Assembly (NCBI GenBank): GCA_028718445.1
Contig: JAQULY010000001.1
Span: forward strand, 1-48,886
Length of the DNA stretch: 48,886 bases
Direction of reading: 5' to 3'
DNA from: Kiritimatiellia bacterium
GTDB lineage: Bacteria; Verrucomicrobiota; Kiritimatiellia; RFP12; JAAYLN01
Made by a program: the position numbers and the translations under genes. The notes beneath the pieces are model-generated. The model was given only the letters and a program-made list of their open reading frames with translations. It did no database searches and was not told the origin of the DNA. Of the stretch, positions 9,122-18,032 are shown in pieces. Numbering within the stretch: the first letter of the stretch is position 1; every line of letters begins with the position of its first letter.

Positions 9122-9153
9122 AACGTGCCGTTCATCGAGCCCGGGGAGTAAAC

Positions 9154-9612
9154 ATGTCTAATATTGCCAAGGTGTTGAAGGACGAAATCAGCCGCATTGC
9201 GCGTAAAGAGGCCCGGCAGATCATGGCGCCCCTGCGCAAGCCGGCGACCGGCGCGCGGCACGCGGTGGCTGAACTGAAGCGGCGTCTGGCACTGCTGGAG
9301 CAGCAGAATAAGCGCATGGCCGCCATGCTGGCCAAGGCGCCCGCACCGGCGTCGAGCGACGAGGCACCCAAAACCACGCGCAACTGGATCAGCGGTAAGG
9401 GCGTGCGCAGCCTGCGCCTGAAACTCGGGCTGCCACAGGAGTCCTTCGCGAAGCTCGTGGGCGTAGGCCACAACACGGTCTACAAGTGGGAAAGCAAGCC
9501 AGGCATGCTGCAACTGCGCAAAGCCACCAAAGCGGCGCTGCTGGCGGTTCGCGGCCTGACGCCCGGCGAAGCCAGGGCCAAACTGACTAAAAAACCGACG
9601 CGCCGAACTTGA
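9154..9612 (+). CDS. XRE-family helix-turn-helix transcriptional regulator with N-terminal coiled-coil-like segment
   Basis: C-terminal LRLKLGLPQESFAKLVGVGHNTVYKWESK is a typical XRE/Cro HTH. N-terminal charged helical region. Good RBS. Confidence 0.7.
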   Translation: MSNIAKVLKDEISRIARKEARQIMAPLRKPATGARHAVAELKRRLALLEQQNKRMAAMLAKAPAPASSDEAPKTTRNWISGKGVRSLRLKLGLPQESFAKLVGVGHNTVYKWESKPGMLQLRKATKAALLAVRGLTPGEARAKLTKKPTRRT

Positions 9613-10726
9613 TGCAGGTGGGACGGTGCATGGCGTAGCGGCTCGGTAATGGTGTTAGGCCGCCGCCGGCGGGATCGAAGGCATAGGCCGCGATCTCATG
9701 CGATAGCTCATGCCCCACCAGGGCCACGCTACCGCCCGGCGCGAACTGGAAGTCTCGCGGGAAACGGCCGGTCAGGGGCGAAACCGCCATGACGACAAGG
9801 TCACCGCTGCCGGCGGCGATGGCGCAGGTGACGATACTGTCGTGTCCGCGGTTGCTGGCGAACAGTAAGCGCCCATCCTCCGAGATTTTGATGGCGGCGG
9901 CCTTACTCTCGCCGTGGAAACCGGCAGGCAAGGTGCTTAGCGTCCGCACCGCATCGAACCCCCCGTCGCGTCGGACCAGCGACACAACCGTGTTGTCGAG
10001 TTCGTTCAGCAGGAAGACCTGGCGTCCATCAGGGCGGAAGACGAGATGGCGCGGGCCGGCACCAGGGGCGGCAACAAAGGTGGCGCGCTCGCAACGGCGT
10101 AGTCCGGCACGCCAGTTGGCGAAGTCGTAGACCACCACCCGGTCCAGTCCCAAGTCACAGACGCAGAGTCGGCGGCCGTCTGGGGTGACCTCGGCGCAGT
10201 GGGCGTGGGCGCGATCCTGCCGGTCGCGGCGCGGGCCGTGACCGCTGTGGCGGATGGTGACGGCCGGGGTGTCCTGAAAGATGCCATCGTCCGTCAGCCC
10301 AAGGACGCCGCAAAGGGCGCCGTGGTATTCGGCAAAAACTAGCGCTGTCTCCGTGGGATCCAGAGCTACGTAACAGGGCACGGTGGAGCACGTGGGGCGT
10401 ACCGCCAGCAACTGCAGTTCCAGACCCCTCACGGCATAGACGGCCACGGCCCCCGTGTATCCCTCCGTGCCATATGGCGGGATGCTTTGTGATGTATAGA
10501 GCCGCGTATGCCGACGGTTGAGGGTCAGGTAGGTTGGGTTCTCGACCCCTTCGGCCATCCCCGCAGCGCGCATCTCTCCGGTATCGGCATCGGTCACGAG
10601 AATATGGATGCCCTGGTGGCGCGCATCCGTGTAACCGCCGACGTAGGTGACATAGCGCATGGGAGGGAAGCTAGCGCCGTACCTGGGGGAAGTCAACTGT
10701 CGGAGGGCGGTTTTGGCGGAGCGCAC
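9587..10726 (-). CDS. lactonase family protein (7-bladed beta-propeller, 6-phosphogluconolactonase/carboxy-muconate cyclase-like)
   Basis: YVGGYTD...GIHIL...ENPTYLTL N-terminal pattern and repeated blade motifs. A shorter start at 10660 (MRYVTYVGGY) is at least as likely as 10726. The 3' end overlaps the convergent HTH gene by 26 nt. Confidence 0.7.
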   Translation of the reverse strand: MRSAKTALRQLTSPRYGASFPPMRYVTYVGGYTDARHQGIHILVTDADTGEMRAAGMAEGVENPTYLTLNRRHTRLYTSQSIPPYGTEGYTGAVAVYAVRGLELQLLAVRPTCSTVPCYVALDPTETALVFAEYHGALCGVLGLTDDGIFQDTPAVTIRHSGHGPRRDRQDRAHAHCAEVTPDGRRLCVCDLGLDRVVVYDFANWRAGLRRCERATFVAAPGAGPRHLVFRPDGRQVFLLNELDNTVVSLVRRDGGFDAVRTLSTLPAGFHGESKAAAIKISEDGRLLFASNRGHDSIVTCAIAAGSGDLVVMAVSPLTGRFPRDFQFAPGGSVALVGHELSHEIAAYAFDPAGGGLTPLPSRYAMHRPTCIKFGASVF

Positions 10727-10786
10727 TTAACCGCCACGCTTAAACGGATACCCTTAACCGGGTCGTCTTACACTAGAACCGGGAAA

Positions 10787-10828
10787 AACGCTCAACGCCG
10801 AACGCTCAACTCTCGACTCTCAACTCAC
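10787..10828. repeat. degenerate heptanucleotide tandem repeat (6 units)
   Basis: AACGCTC AACGCCG AACGCTC AACTCTC GACTCTC AACTCAC in the divergent lactonase/peroxiredoxin intergenic region. Confidence 0.85.
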
Positions 10829-10894
10829 GCAGTGGAACGTGCTTCGGGGGGGGTTGCATTCTCAGACTTAATAGTATAGACTAGTTGCAAATTA

Positions 10895-10917
10895 TTACCA
10901 AGAAGACTGCTTGGTAA
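10895..10917. promoter_or_regulatory. inverted repeat TTACCAAG-N7-CTTGGTAA upstream of the peroxiredoxin gene
   Basis: Perfect 8-bp arms at 10895-10902 and 10910-10917, 26 nt upstream of the ATG at 10943. Either an operator or a 5'-UTR hairpin. Confidence 0.4.
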
Positions 10918-10942
10918 GCAACCAAAGAGAGGACTAAACACC

Positions 10943-11626
10943 ATGGACGCACAGAGCAACCGGATACCGTTGATCGGCGACAAGGCACCGGCCTTCAAGG
11001 CGGAGACGACGCAGGGCCCCATCAACTTCCCCGAAGATTTCAAAGGCAAGTGGGTGGTGTTCTTCTCGCACCCGGCCGACTTCACGCCGGTCTGCACGAC
11101 CGAATTCATGACCTTCGCGACCATGCAGCCGGAGTTCGAGGCGCTGAACTGCAAGCTGCTCGGTCTTTCGATTGACAGTCACTTCAGCCACATTGCCTGG
11201 CTGCGAACGATCAAGGAGAAGATCGAGTACAAAGGCATGAAGGGCGTGGAAGTGACCTTCCCGGTTATCGCCGACCTGAGCATGGAAGTGGCCAAGACCT
11301 ATGGCATGCTGCAACCGGGTTCCAGCAATACCCAGGCTGTGCGGGCGGTCTTCATCATAGACCCCAACGCCGTCGTGCGCGCGGTGCTTTTCTACCCCTC
11401 TTCCAACGGGCGCAACATGCAGGAGATCAAGCGGCTGGTGGTTTCGCTGCAGTATGCCGAGCAGTTCAAGATCGCGACGCCGGCGAATTGGCAGCCAGGC
11501 GAGGATGTGATTGTGCCGCCCCCCGGCTCCTGCGGCGTGGCCAAGCAGCGCATGGAGAAGCCGGACCCGGACGTCAAGTGTCTGGACTGGTTCCTCTGCC
11601 TTAAGAAGTGCCCGAAGCGAGGCTAG
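10943..11626 (+). CDS. peroxiredoxin (Prx6/archaeal-type, AhpC/TSA family)
   Basis: GDKAPAFKAETTQG...WVVFFSHPADFTPVCTTEF peroxidatic-Cys motif. Cys-rich C-terminal tail (CLDWFLC). GAGAGG RBS. Confidence 0.9.
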   Translation: MDAQSNRIPLIGDKAPAFKAETTQGPINFPEDFKGKWVVFFSHPADFTPVCTTEFMTFATMQPEFEALNCKLLGLSIDSHFSHIAWLRTIKEKIEYKGMKGVEVTFPVIADLSMEVAKTYGMLQPGSSNTQAVRAVFIIDPNAVVRAVLFYPSSNGRNMQEIKRLVVSLQYAEQFKIATPANWQPGEDVIVPPPGSCGVAKQRMEKPDPDVKCLDWFLCLKKCPKRG

Positions 11627-12756
11627 TCTATCGCGCCGAATCTTGGCGACAGAAACGGCCAGTAGACCAGGCAGGCCGGGCCGAGCAGGTTGCGTTCGGG
11701 CACTGGGCCCCAATAGCGGCTGTCGCGGCTGTTGAGGGTATTGTCGCCCATGGCGTAGTACTCGTCCGCGCCCAGCACCACCTGGTCTCCCGGCCGGCGC
11801 AGGGCGGCGGCATACTCGGCGGGCTGCTCGCCGATGAGCTGGTAGCCCGCGTAGGGCGGCGCCCAAGCGGCTAGTTTCTCGCGGCGGGCGACGCGCGCCA
11901 CGGTATACGGCTCGGTGACGATCTGGCCGTTGACCAGCAGGTCAGGCGGTTGGATCGCCAACGTCTGGCCGGGAAGCCCCGTCATGCGTTTGATGTAGTG
12001 CGTGCCGGGAGGCAGGCCGCGGATGCCGCGCGTCGAGAAGACCATGACTTCGCCGCGTCGCGGACGGCGGAAGTTCCAGGCTACGCGATTGACGAAAACG
12101 TGGTCGCCTGAGTGCACGATCCCGGCCCAGAGCAGGGCGCCGGACTCGACGCGCATATCGCGGTTCAGCCGGATGGCGCCACGGTCGCGCACGGCATCGG
12201 CGGGGACGTAGTAGCGGCGGCCGGCCACCTGCAGGCCGATGTAGCCGGGCTTGCGGTCATCCTGATAGAGCGGAATCACCTGTCCGCCCGCGCCGACGCG
12301 CACTTCGCGGTACCAGTCGCCGGTCACGATCCACTTGAAGGGCTTGAGCGGCAGGCGGTCGAGCCAGCCGGGAGCGGCACGCTCTTCCGAGTGAATGCCG
12401 TAGAGGGTCGGCTGCATCGATCCGGTGGGAATCTTGAAGGGCTGGAAGAAGTAGCAGCGGAAGGCCATGGCCACGCCGAAGGCGACCAGCAGCACCTCGT
12501 AGTTTTCGCTCCAACCGCCGCGGCGCGGCGGTGGCCACGGATCGAGTTCCTTCTCCAGTGTGGCGGCCTGGTCAGCCACCGCTGCCGGCGTCCCGCGCCG
12601 CGCGGTCCGCTCCGCCGCGGCGATAACGGCGGCAAGGCGCTCTTCCGCGCCGGCCGGCATGAGGTCGCGGCGATAGTGGCGCAGGCCGCGCGCGTGGGAG
12701 GTCAAGTCGCGCAGTCGCTTGCGTGCCGCGCGAGTTCGGAAATATTTCTGGAACAC
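11623..12756 (-). CDS. lepB: signal peptidase I
   Basis: PTGSMQPTL (catalytic Ser box), GDHVFVNRV, YYAMGDNTLNSRDSRYWGPVP boxes. About 100 aa of charged N-terminal extension before the single TM. Located downstream of lepA as in many bacteria. Confidence 0.9.
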   Translation of the reverse strand: MFQKYFRTRAARKRLRDLTSHARGLRHYRRDLMPAGAEERLAAVIAAAERTARRGTPAAVADQAATLEKELDPWPPPRRGGWSENYEVLLVAFGVAMAFRCYFFQPFKIPTGSMQPTLYGIHSEERAAPGWLDRLPLKPFKWIVTGDWYREVRVGAGGQVIPLYQDDRKPGYIGLQVAGRRYYVPADAVRDRGAIRLNRDMRVESGALLWAGIVHSGDHVFVNRVAWNFRRPRRGEVMVFSTRGIRGLPPGTHYIKRMTGLPGQTLAIQPPDLLVNGQIVTEPYTVARVARREKLAAWAPPYAGYQLIGEQPAEYAAALRRPGDQVVLGADEYYAMGDNTLNSRDSRYWGPVPERNLLGPACLVYWPFLSPRFGAID

Positions 12757-12810
12757 GGGTGGGTCTCCTCTGGCCGTTGGTTGCCCGCGGCCGCGGGGGC
12801 GCGGCCACTG

Positions 12811-14622
12811 CTACGTGGCCGTGCCCTTCAGCACGGCGATGAAGGCGGACTGGGGGACATGGACCGATCCGAATTCCTTCATGCGCTTCTTGCCTTCTTT
12901 CTGCTTCTTCAGCAGCTTCTGTTTGCGGGTGACGTCGCCGCCGTAGAGCTTGGCCAGCACATCCTTGCGGAATGAACGGATGTCCTCGCGCGCGATGATG
13001 TTGCGGCCGATGGCCGCCTGCACGGGTATTTTGAACATGTGCGGCGGAATGGACTCGGCCAGCGCCTTGCAGATCTGACGTCCGCGCGCCACCGCCTTGT
13101 CGCGGTGCACCATGCAGGCAAAGGCGTCCACCGGTTCGCCGTTCAGCAGAATGTCCATCTTGACGATGTCGGCGGGCTGGTAGCCGGTGGGCTCGTAGTC
13201 CATCGAGGCGTAGCCGCGGCTGACCGATTTGAGCATGTCGTGGAAGTCTATCAGGATTTCGTTCAGCGGCAACATGCACGTGAGCATCACCCGTTTGGCG
13301 TCTACGCTTTCCGTGGCGCGCAGTTCGCCGCGCCGCTCCGTCAACAGCCTGATGATATCGCCGATGATATCGCCGGGGCAGATGATGGTGGCGCGTATGA
13401 CGGGCTCCTCGATGCGCGTGATGCGCGTGACATCGGGGAGGTGGACGGGATTGTCCACCTCGATCGTCTTGCCGTCGCTCATCAGCACGCGGTAGACCAC
13501 GGAGGGGTGGGTGTTGATAATATCGAGGTCGAACTCCCGCCGCAGGCGCTCCTGCACCACGTCCATGTGCAGCAGTCCCAGGAAACCGCAGCGGAAGCCG
13601 AAGCCCAGGGCGACTGAACTCTCCGGATGGAAGGTGAAGGCGGAGTCGTTGAGGTGCAGTTTTTCGAGGCCCTGGCGCACCTTCTCGAAGTCCTCCGAGC
13701 CGACCGGATAGATGCCGCTGAAGACCATCGGCCGGACCTCCTTGTAGCCGGGCAGCGGTTCGCCGGCGCCGTCGCGGCTGGAGGTGATGGTGTCGCCGTC
13801 TTTGACGTCCTTGGGGTCCTTGATGGTGCCGGCCAGGTAGCCCACCTGTCCCGCGTCCAGGCGCTCCACCGGCTTCTGGCCGGGGCTGAAGATGCCGACT
13901 TCGCGCAGTTGTGTGGTGAGGCCGCTGCTCATGAAGCGTACGCTATCGCCGGCGCGCAGCGAGCCATCCACGACGCGGACGTAGACGATCACGCCGCGAT
14001 ACTCGTCGAAGGTCGAGTCGAAGACCAGCGCGCGCAGCGGCGCGCCGTCCCCGCGCGTGGTGGGCGGCGGGACGTGCCGCACCACCGCCTCGAGCACTTC
14101 GGGGACGTTCTGGCCGGTCTTGGCGCTGATGTGCAGGTGCTCGCCCATGCTGATTCCGAGCAGCTCCTCGATCTGGCGCGAGACGCCCTCGATGTCGGCG
14201 CCGGCCATGTCCACCTTATTCAGGACGGGGATGATCTCGAGACGGTTGTCCACGGCCAGGTAGGCGTTGGCGACGGTCTGCGCCTCGACCCCCTGGGTGG
14301 CGTCCACCACCAGGATGGCGCCTTCGCAGGCGCGCATGCTGCGCGAAACCTCGTAGGCGAAGTCCACGTGCCCCGGCGTGTCAATCAGGTTGAGGCGATA
14401 GGTCTGACCGTCGCGCGCGGTATAGAGCATCGAGACCGGGTGACTCTTGATGGTGATGCCGCGTTCGCGCTCCAGGTCCATGGCATCGAGGGTCTGCTCG
14501 CGCATCAGCCGTTGGTCCACCGTCTTAGTGAGTTCCAGGATGCGGTCCGAGAGCGTCGTCTTGCCGTGGTCAATGTGGGCAATGATGCAGAAATTGCGCG
14601 TGTTGGAGATGGTCTGATCCAT
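12811..14622 (-). CDS. lepA: translation elongation factor 4
   Basis: MDQTISNTRNFCIIAHIDHGKTTLSDRILE..., DTPGHVDF, NKVD GTPase motifs and the LepA C-terminal domain. I start at the internal ATG 14622 (604 aa). The upstream 50 codons of the ORF are Pro/Arg-rich and overlap rpe. Confidence 0.95.
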   Translation of the reverse strand: MDQTISNTRNFCIIAHIDHGKTTLSDRILELTKTVDQRLMREQTLDAMDLERERGITIKSHPVSMLYTARDGQTYRLNLIDTPGHVDFAYEVSRSMRACEGAILVVDATQGVEAQTVANAYLAVDNRLEIIPVLNKVDMAGADIEGVSRQIEELLGISMGEHLHISAKTGQNVPEVLEAVVRHVPPPTTRGDGAPLRALVFDSTFDEYRGVIVYVRVVDGSLRAGDSVRFMSSGLTTQLREVGIFSPGQKPVERLDAGQVGYLAGTIKDPKDVKDGDTITSSRDGAGEPLPGYKEVRPMVFSGIYPVGSEDFEKVRQGLEKLHLNDSAFTFHPESSVALGFGFRCGFLGLLHMDVVQERLRREFDLDIINTHPSVVYRVLMSDGKTIEVDNPVHLPDVTRITRIEEPVIRATIICPGDIIGDIIRLLTERRGELRATESVDAKRVMLTCMLPLNEILIDFHDMLKSVSRGYASMDYEPTGYQPADIVKMDILLNGEPVDAFACMVHRDKAVARGRQICKALAESIPPHMFKIPVQAAIGRNIIAREDIRSFRKDVLAKLYGGDVTRKQKLLKKQKEGKKRMKEFGSVHVPQSAFIAVLKGTAT

Positions 14623-14632
14623 GTGACGATGG

Positions 14633-15310
14633 CTATCCCTGCGCGGCCGCGGCCGCCGCTCCCTGGCGCATGGCAACGACGGCGGCGCCCATATCGGTAG
14701 CGGTGAAGAGCGAGTTGCCGGCGACAAAGAGGTTGGCGCCGGCCGCGGCGCAGACGGCGGCGGTTCTGGCATTGATGCCGCCGTCTACCATGATGTCGAA
14801 GGGACCTGAAGGCGCGCTGTTGGAGAGCCTACGGATGTCCTTGATCTTGGGCATCATCTCCGCCATGAAGGCCTGTCCGCCGTAACCGGGCTCGACCGTC
14901 ATGACGAGGATGTAGGCGAATTGGCCCAGGAAGGGAGCGACCGCGGCGGCAGGGGTGGCCGGCTTGAGGGTCAGTCCGGCGGGAAGCCCCAGTTTGCGGA
15001 TGTGCCCCAGCGTGGCGGCCACGTCACAATCGGCCTCGACATGGATGGAGATGGCATCGGCGCCGGCCTTGGCGAAGCGTTCGACGTAATTCTGGGGGTG
15101 CGTGAGCATCAGATGGACGTTCAGCGGCAGTTTGGAGACACGCCGTGCCATGGCCACGACGTCAGGACCGAAACTGAGGTTCGGAACGAAGTGACCGTCC
15201 ATGATATCCAGGTGCAAGGCATCGCCGCCGGCGGCCTCGGCCCGCTGGACCTCGTCCGCCAGCCGCCCGAAATCGGCCGCCAACAGAGATGGAAGAATTT
15301 GGATTCGCAC
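14633..15310 (-). CDS. rpe: ribulose-phosphate 3-epimerase
   Basis: ILPSLLAADFGRLADEV...LHLDIMDGHFVPNLSFGP and VDGGI motifs. 225 aa. Confidence 0.93.
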   Translation of the reverse strand: MRIQILPSLLAADFGRLADEVQRAEAAGGDALHLDIMDGHFVPNLSFGPDVVAMARRVSKLPLNVHLMLTHPQNYVERFAKAGADAISIHVEADCDVAATLGHIRKLGLPAGLTLKPATPAAAVAPFLGQFAYILVMTVEPGYGGQAFMAEMMPKIKDIRRLSNSAPSGPFDIMVDGGINARTAAVCAAAGANLFVAGNSLFTATDMGAAVVAMRQGAAAAAAQG

Positions 15311-15582
15311 GCCGCCGAAGTATCGCAGAAGAGGCCTTGGAAGGCAATGGCACCATGGTCAGCGAATTCTGGGCAGGTGAATTTTGGGCATGCAGGCCAG
15401 GAGCGGACATGATAGCATAATGAGTCAATCGGACGAACAAAGGTGCTGCGTGTCCGGAGGCCCGCTGGCTGTGCCGGCGCGCTGCGTAAAGTCTTGCGGA
15501 ACATAGGTTTGCGTGCACCGGTCGGATGACCGATCCGCATAACTGACGGGGACGGAGTCTACCCAGACGCCGTCAGGAATTC

Positions 15583-17028
15583 GTGGTCAATATACTTCTA
15601 CGATACGGCGTGGCGCTACACCTGGCGCTGTTGGTAGCCTATGCTTCCTGGGCGCGCGGCGGCTCGGCGCCGGCCTATTTCTGGGCGCTGCCGTGGTTGG
15701 CGCTGGGCATGCTTGAGATGATGTTCCTCCTGCCGCCCTCGCACAGCGCCGACCGACCTAAAGACGCCTGGCGCAGGCAAAGGCGCGGGTTGTTGCGCGA
15801 CCCGGTGCTCTACATCGGGGCGGTCCTGGTCGTTTTTCTGGCGATCCAATGGCTGAACGGACCGCGCGAGTTGAAGTACGAAGCGGCGACGGCTTCCTGG
15901 GCCTACGCGCCGCCGCCCTGGGATGGATGGCCCTTCTGCGTGGTACGTGCCGAGGCGCTGCAAGTGCTGCTCTGGGGCTTGACGGTCTACGCCATTCTGC
16001 TGGCCGTACGGCATGGCACGAACCGGGCCGGCAAACTGCTGTTGCTGCGGCTGATTGTGGTCAATGGCGCGCTGCTCTCGATTCTGGGGCTGCTGCAATT
16101 CGCCACGGGAACGGGGAAGCTGTTCTGGGTCAGGGAAGTCGGCACCTTTTTCTTCTCTACCTTCGGGTACCCCAACCATGCCGGGGCCTACTTCACGTTG
16201 CTGACCGCGCTGAGCGGCGGACTGTTGCTGTACTCGTGGTCCGGCGAAGAGGGCCGGCGGCACGTTTGGTGGTTGGGTCTGACTCTGGCACTGAACGCCC
16301 TGGGGGCGATCTTCTCGCTCAGCCGTGCGGCTATCGTGCTGACCGGCGCGCTTCTGCTGGCGGGTAGCACCTACGGCCTGCTCTATCTCTGGCCGCGGAT
16401 CAGACCAAGTGACAAGCTCTGTTTGGGCATCGGCGCCACGGTTGTTCTGGCGCTCGGTGCGTTGCTTTATTTTGCCGTGCCCAACAATCCCGTACGCAAG
16501 GAGGTCAGGACGGTCAATCTGCTGAAGTTGCACGAGGAGTTTGTCGGCGACCGCCAACTGCTGTCGAATGCCGCCATGGATATCTGGCAGGACTATCCCT
16601 GGGTTGGCGTGGGCGGATGGGGTTTCCGGCGCTACGTGGCGCTCTACCTGGGAAAGGAACACTGGGACTATCTGCGCAACGCGGGTCGAGCCAATGTGCA
16701 CAATGACCCGATTCAGTACCTATGCGAGCATGGCATCGTCGGCGCTGGCCTGATGCTGGCGCTGATCTTCACGCTGGTTGCCCAACTCTGGATCAGGCTG
16801 GCTCAGATGCCACCGGATGACACGGGCAAAAAACCGAGGGGCTGGTTCATGCGCGTCTCGCCGATCGTGTGGGCGATTCTGGCGGGCACGACCGCCACGG
16901 TCCTGCACAGTCTCATAGACTTGCCTTTTCGCAGCATCGCGATCATGTCGGTATGGTTCATCGCCCTGGCCTGCGCTCCCGCCTTTGTGCCAAGGCGGAA
17001 GACGCAAACGTTGAGCGTTCAGCGTTGA
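15583..17028 (+). CDS. O-antigen ligase/polymerase family membrane protein (Wzy_C-type)
   Basis: Polytopic membrane protein with the NVHNDPIQYLCEHGIVGAGLMLAL signature region. GTG start. The last codons and the stop lie inside a heptamer repeat tract. Confidence 0.75.
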   Translation: MVNILLRYGVALHLALLVAYASWARGGSAPAYFWALPWLALGMLEMMFLLPPSHSADRPKDAWRRQRRGLLRDPVLYIGAVLVVFLAIQWLNGPRELKYEAATASWAYAPPPWDGWPFCVVRAEALQVLLWGLTVYAILLAVRHGTNRAGKLLLLRLIVVNGALLSILGLLQFATGTGKLFWVREVGTFFFSTFGYPNHAGAYFTLLTALSGGLLLYSWSGEEGRRHVWWLGLTLALNALGAIFSLSRAAIVLTGALLLAGSTYGLLYLWPRIRPSDKLCLGIGATVVLALGALLYFAVPNNPVRKEVRTVNLLKLHEEFVGDRQLLSNAAMDIWQDYPWVGVGGWGFRRYVALYLGKEHWDYLRNAGRANVHNDPIQYLCEHGIVGAGLMLALIFTLVAQLWIRLAQMPPDDTGKKPRGWFMRVSPIVWAILAGTTATVLHSLIDLPFRSIAIMSVWFIALACAPAFVPRRKTQTLSVQR

Positions 17029-17048
17029 ACGTATTCCCCAACTCCCAA
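17007..17048. repeat. degenerate heptanucleotide tandem repeat (about 6 units)
   Basis: AACGTTG AGCGTTC AGCGTTG AACGTAT TCCCCAA CTCCCAA. Spans the stop codon (17026-17028) of the upstream gene and ends 6 nt before the next ATG. Confidence 0.8.
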
Positions 17049-17054
17049 GCGTAG

Positions 17055-18032
17055 ATGCACTTTCTGGTCACAGGTGGCGCCGGTTTCATCGGCTCGCATC
17101 TTTGCGAGCGGCTCCTGCGCGACGGGCACAACGTCACCGTGCTCGACGACCTCTCGACCGGCGCCTACGCCAACGTCGGGCACCTGGAAGGCAACCCGTC
17201 CTTTCGCATGGTCATAGACACGGTGCTCAATCGCGAACGCGTCGAGGAACTGGTCAAGCCGGCGGATGCGGTCTTCCACCTCGCCTCCGCCGTGGGCGTG
17301 AAACTGGTGATCGAGCAACCCGTCAAGGCCATCAAGACCATCATGGGCGGGACCGAGATAGTCCTGGATGCGGCCGCCCGCTTCCGCAAGCGTTTTCTGG
17401 TCACTTCGACCTCCGAGGTCTATGGCAAGGGCAGCAAGGTTCCTTTCTCCGAAAACGACGACACAGTCCAGGGCGCAACCGCCATTCGTCGCTGGGCCTA
17501 TGCCGGCGCCAAGGCCATGGACGAATTCCTGGCGCTGGCGCATTGGCACGAGACCCGCCTGCCGGTGATCTGCCCGCGCCTCTTCAACACGGTCGGGCCG
17601 CGCCAAACCGGCCGTTATGGCATGGTGATCCCGCGTTTCGTGAACCAGGCGCTGAGTGGCGAACCGATCACCGTCTATGGCGACGGCACGCAGAGCCGCT
17701 GCTTCTGTCATGTGCACGACGTTGTGGACGCCCTGGTCAAACTGACGGAGTGCCGCGATGCTTTCGGCCGGGTGGTGAACATCGGCAACCCCGAGGAGAT
17801 CACGATCAACGCGTTGGCGGAACGCATCAAAAGCCTGACCGGTTCCGCCTCGCCGATCCGGCATATTCCCTACGATGTGGCCTACGAAGAGGGTTTCGAG
17901 GACATGGTGCGCCGCGTTCCTGATCTGACGCTGGCGGCCAAACTGATCGGCTTCGCTCCCCGCCTTCGCCTTGACGACATCCTCAATGACGTGGTCGGTG
18001 ACCGGCGGAATGCAAGAACGTTCAACGCGTAA
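17055..18032 (+). CDS. NAD-dependent sugar epimerase/dehydratase (extended SDR, ArnA C-terminal/UXS-like)
   Basis: MHFLVTGGAGFIGSHL Rossmann motif, TSTSEVYG, RWAYAGAKAMDE (YxxxK). Confidence 0.85.
   Translation: MHFLVTGGAGFIGSHLCERLLRDGHNVTVLDDLSTGAYANVGHLEGNPSFRMVIDTVLNRERVEELVKPADAVFHLASAVGVKLVIEQPVKAIKTIMGGTEIVLDAAARFRKRFLVTSTSEVYGKGSKVPFSENDDTVQGATAIRRWAYAGAKAMDEFLALAHWHETRLPVICPRLFNTVGPRQTGRYGMVIPRFVNQALSGEPITVYGDGTQSRCFCHVHDVVDALVKLTECRDAFGRVVNIGNPEEITINALAERIKSLTGSASPIRHIPYDVAYEEGFEDMVRRVPDLTLAAKLIGFAPRLRLDDILNDVVGDRRNARTFNA

Noticed and set aside
8503-9513. 336-aa minus-strand ORF spanning the pseudopilin 3' end, its terminator, the gap and most of the HTH gene
   Set aside because: It overlaps two well-supported plus-strand genes and a strong terminator. 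Its sequence is Arg/Ala/Gly-rich with no recognisable motif, which is typical of antisense and out-of-frame ORFs in GC-rich DNA.
10787-10828. CRISPR array or REP-type hairpin interpretation of the heptamer tracts
   Set aside because: Units are 7 nt and directly abutting with no spacers, which rules out CRISPR. The tracts are direct rather than inverted repeats and lack stable stems or a T-run, which rules out REP elements and terminators.
12811-14772. Full-length 653-aa version of the lepA ORF
   Set aside because: The first 50 codons are Pro/Arg/Ser-rich and overlap rpe (14633-15310). The canonical LepA N-terminus MDQTISNTRNFCIIAHIDHGKTT starts at ATG 14622.
15311-15582. JUMPStart/ops (GGCGGTAG) antitermination element upstream of the polysaccharide locus
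   Set aside because: I read the 272-bp leader and found no GGCGGTAG. There is only a modest 7-bp hairpin (15543-15549/15570-15576) partly overlapping the RBS, too weak to call.
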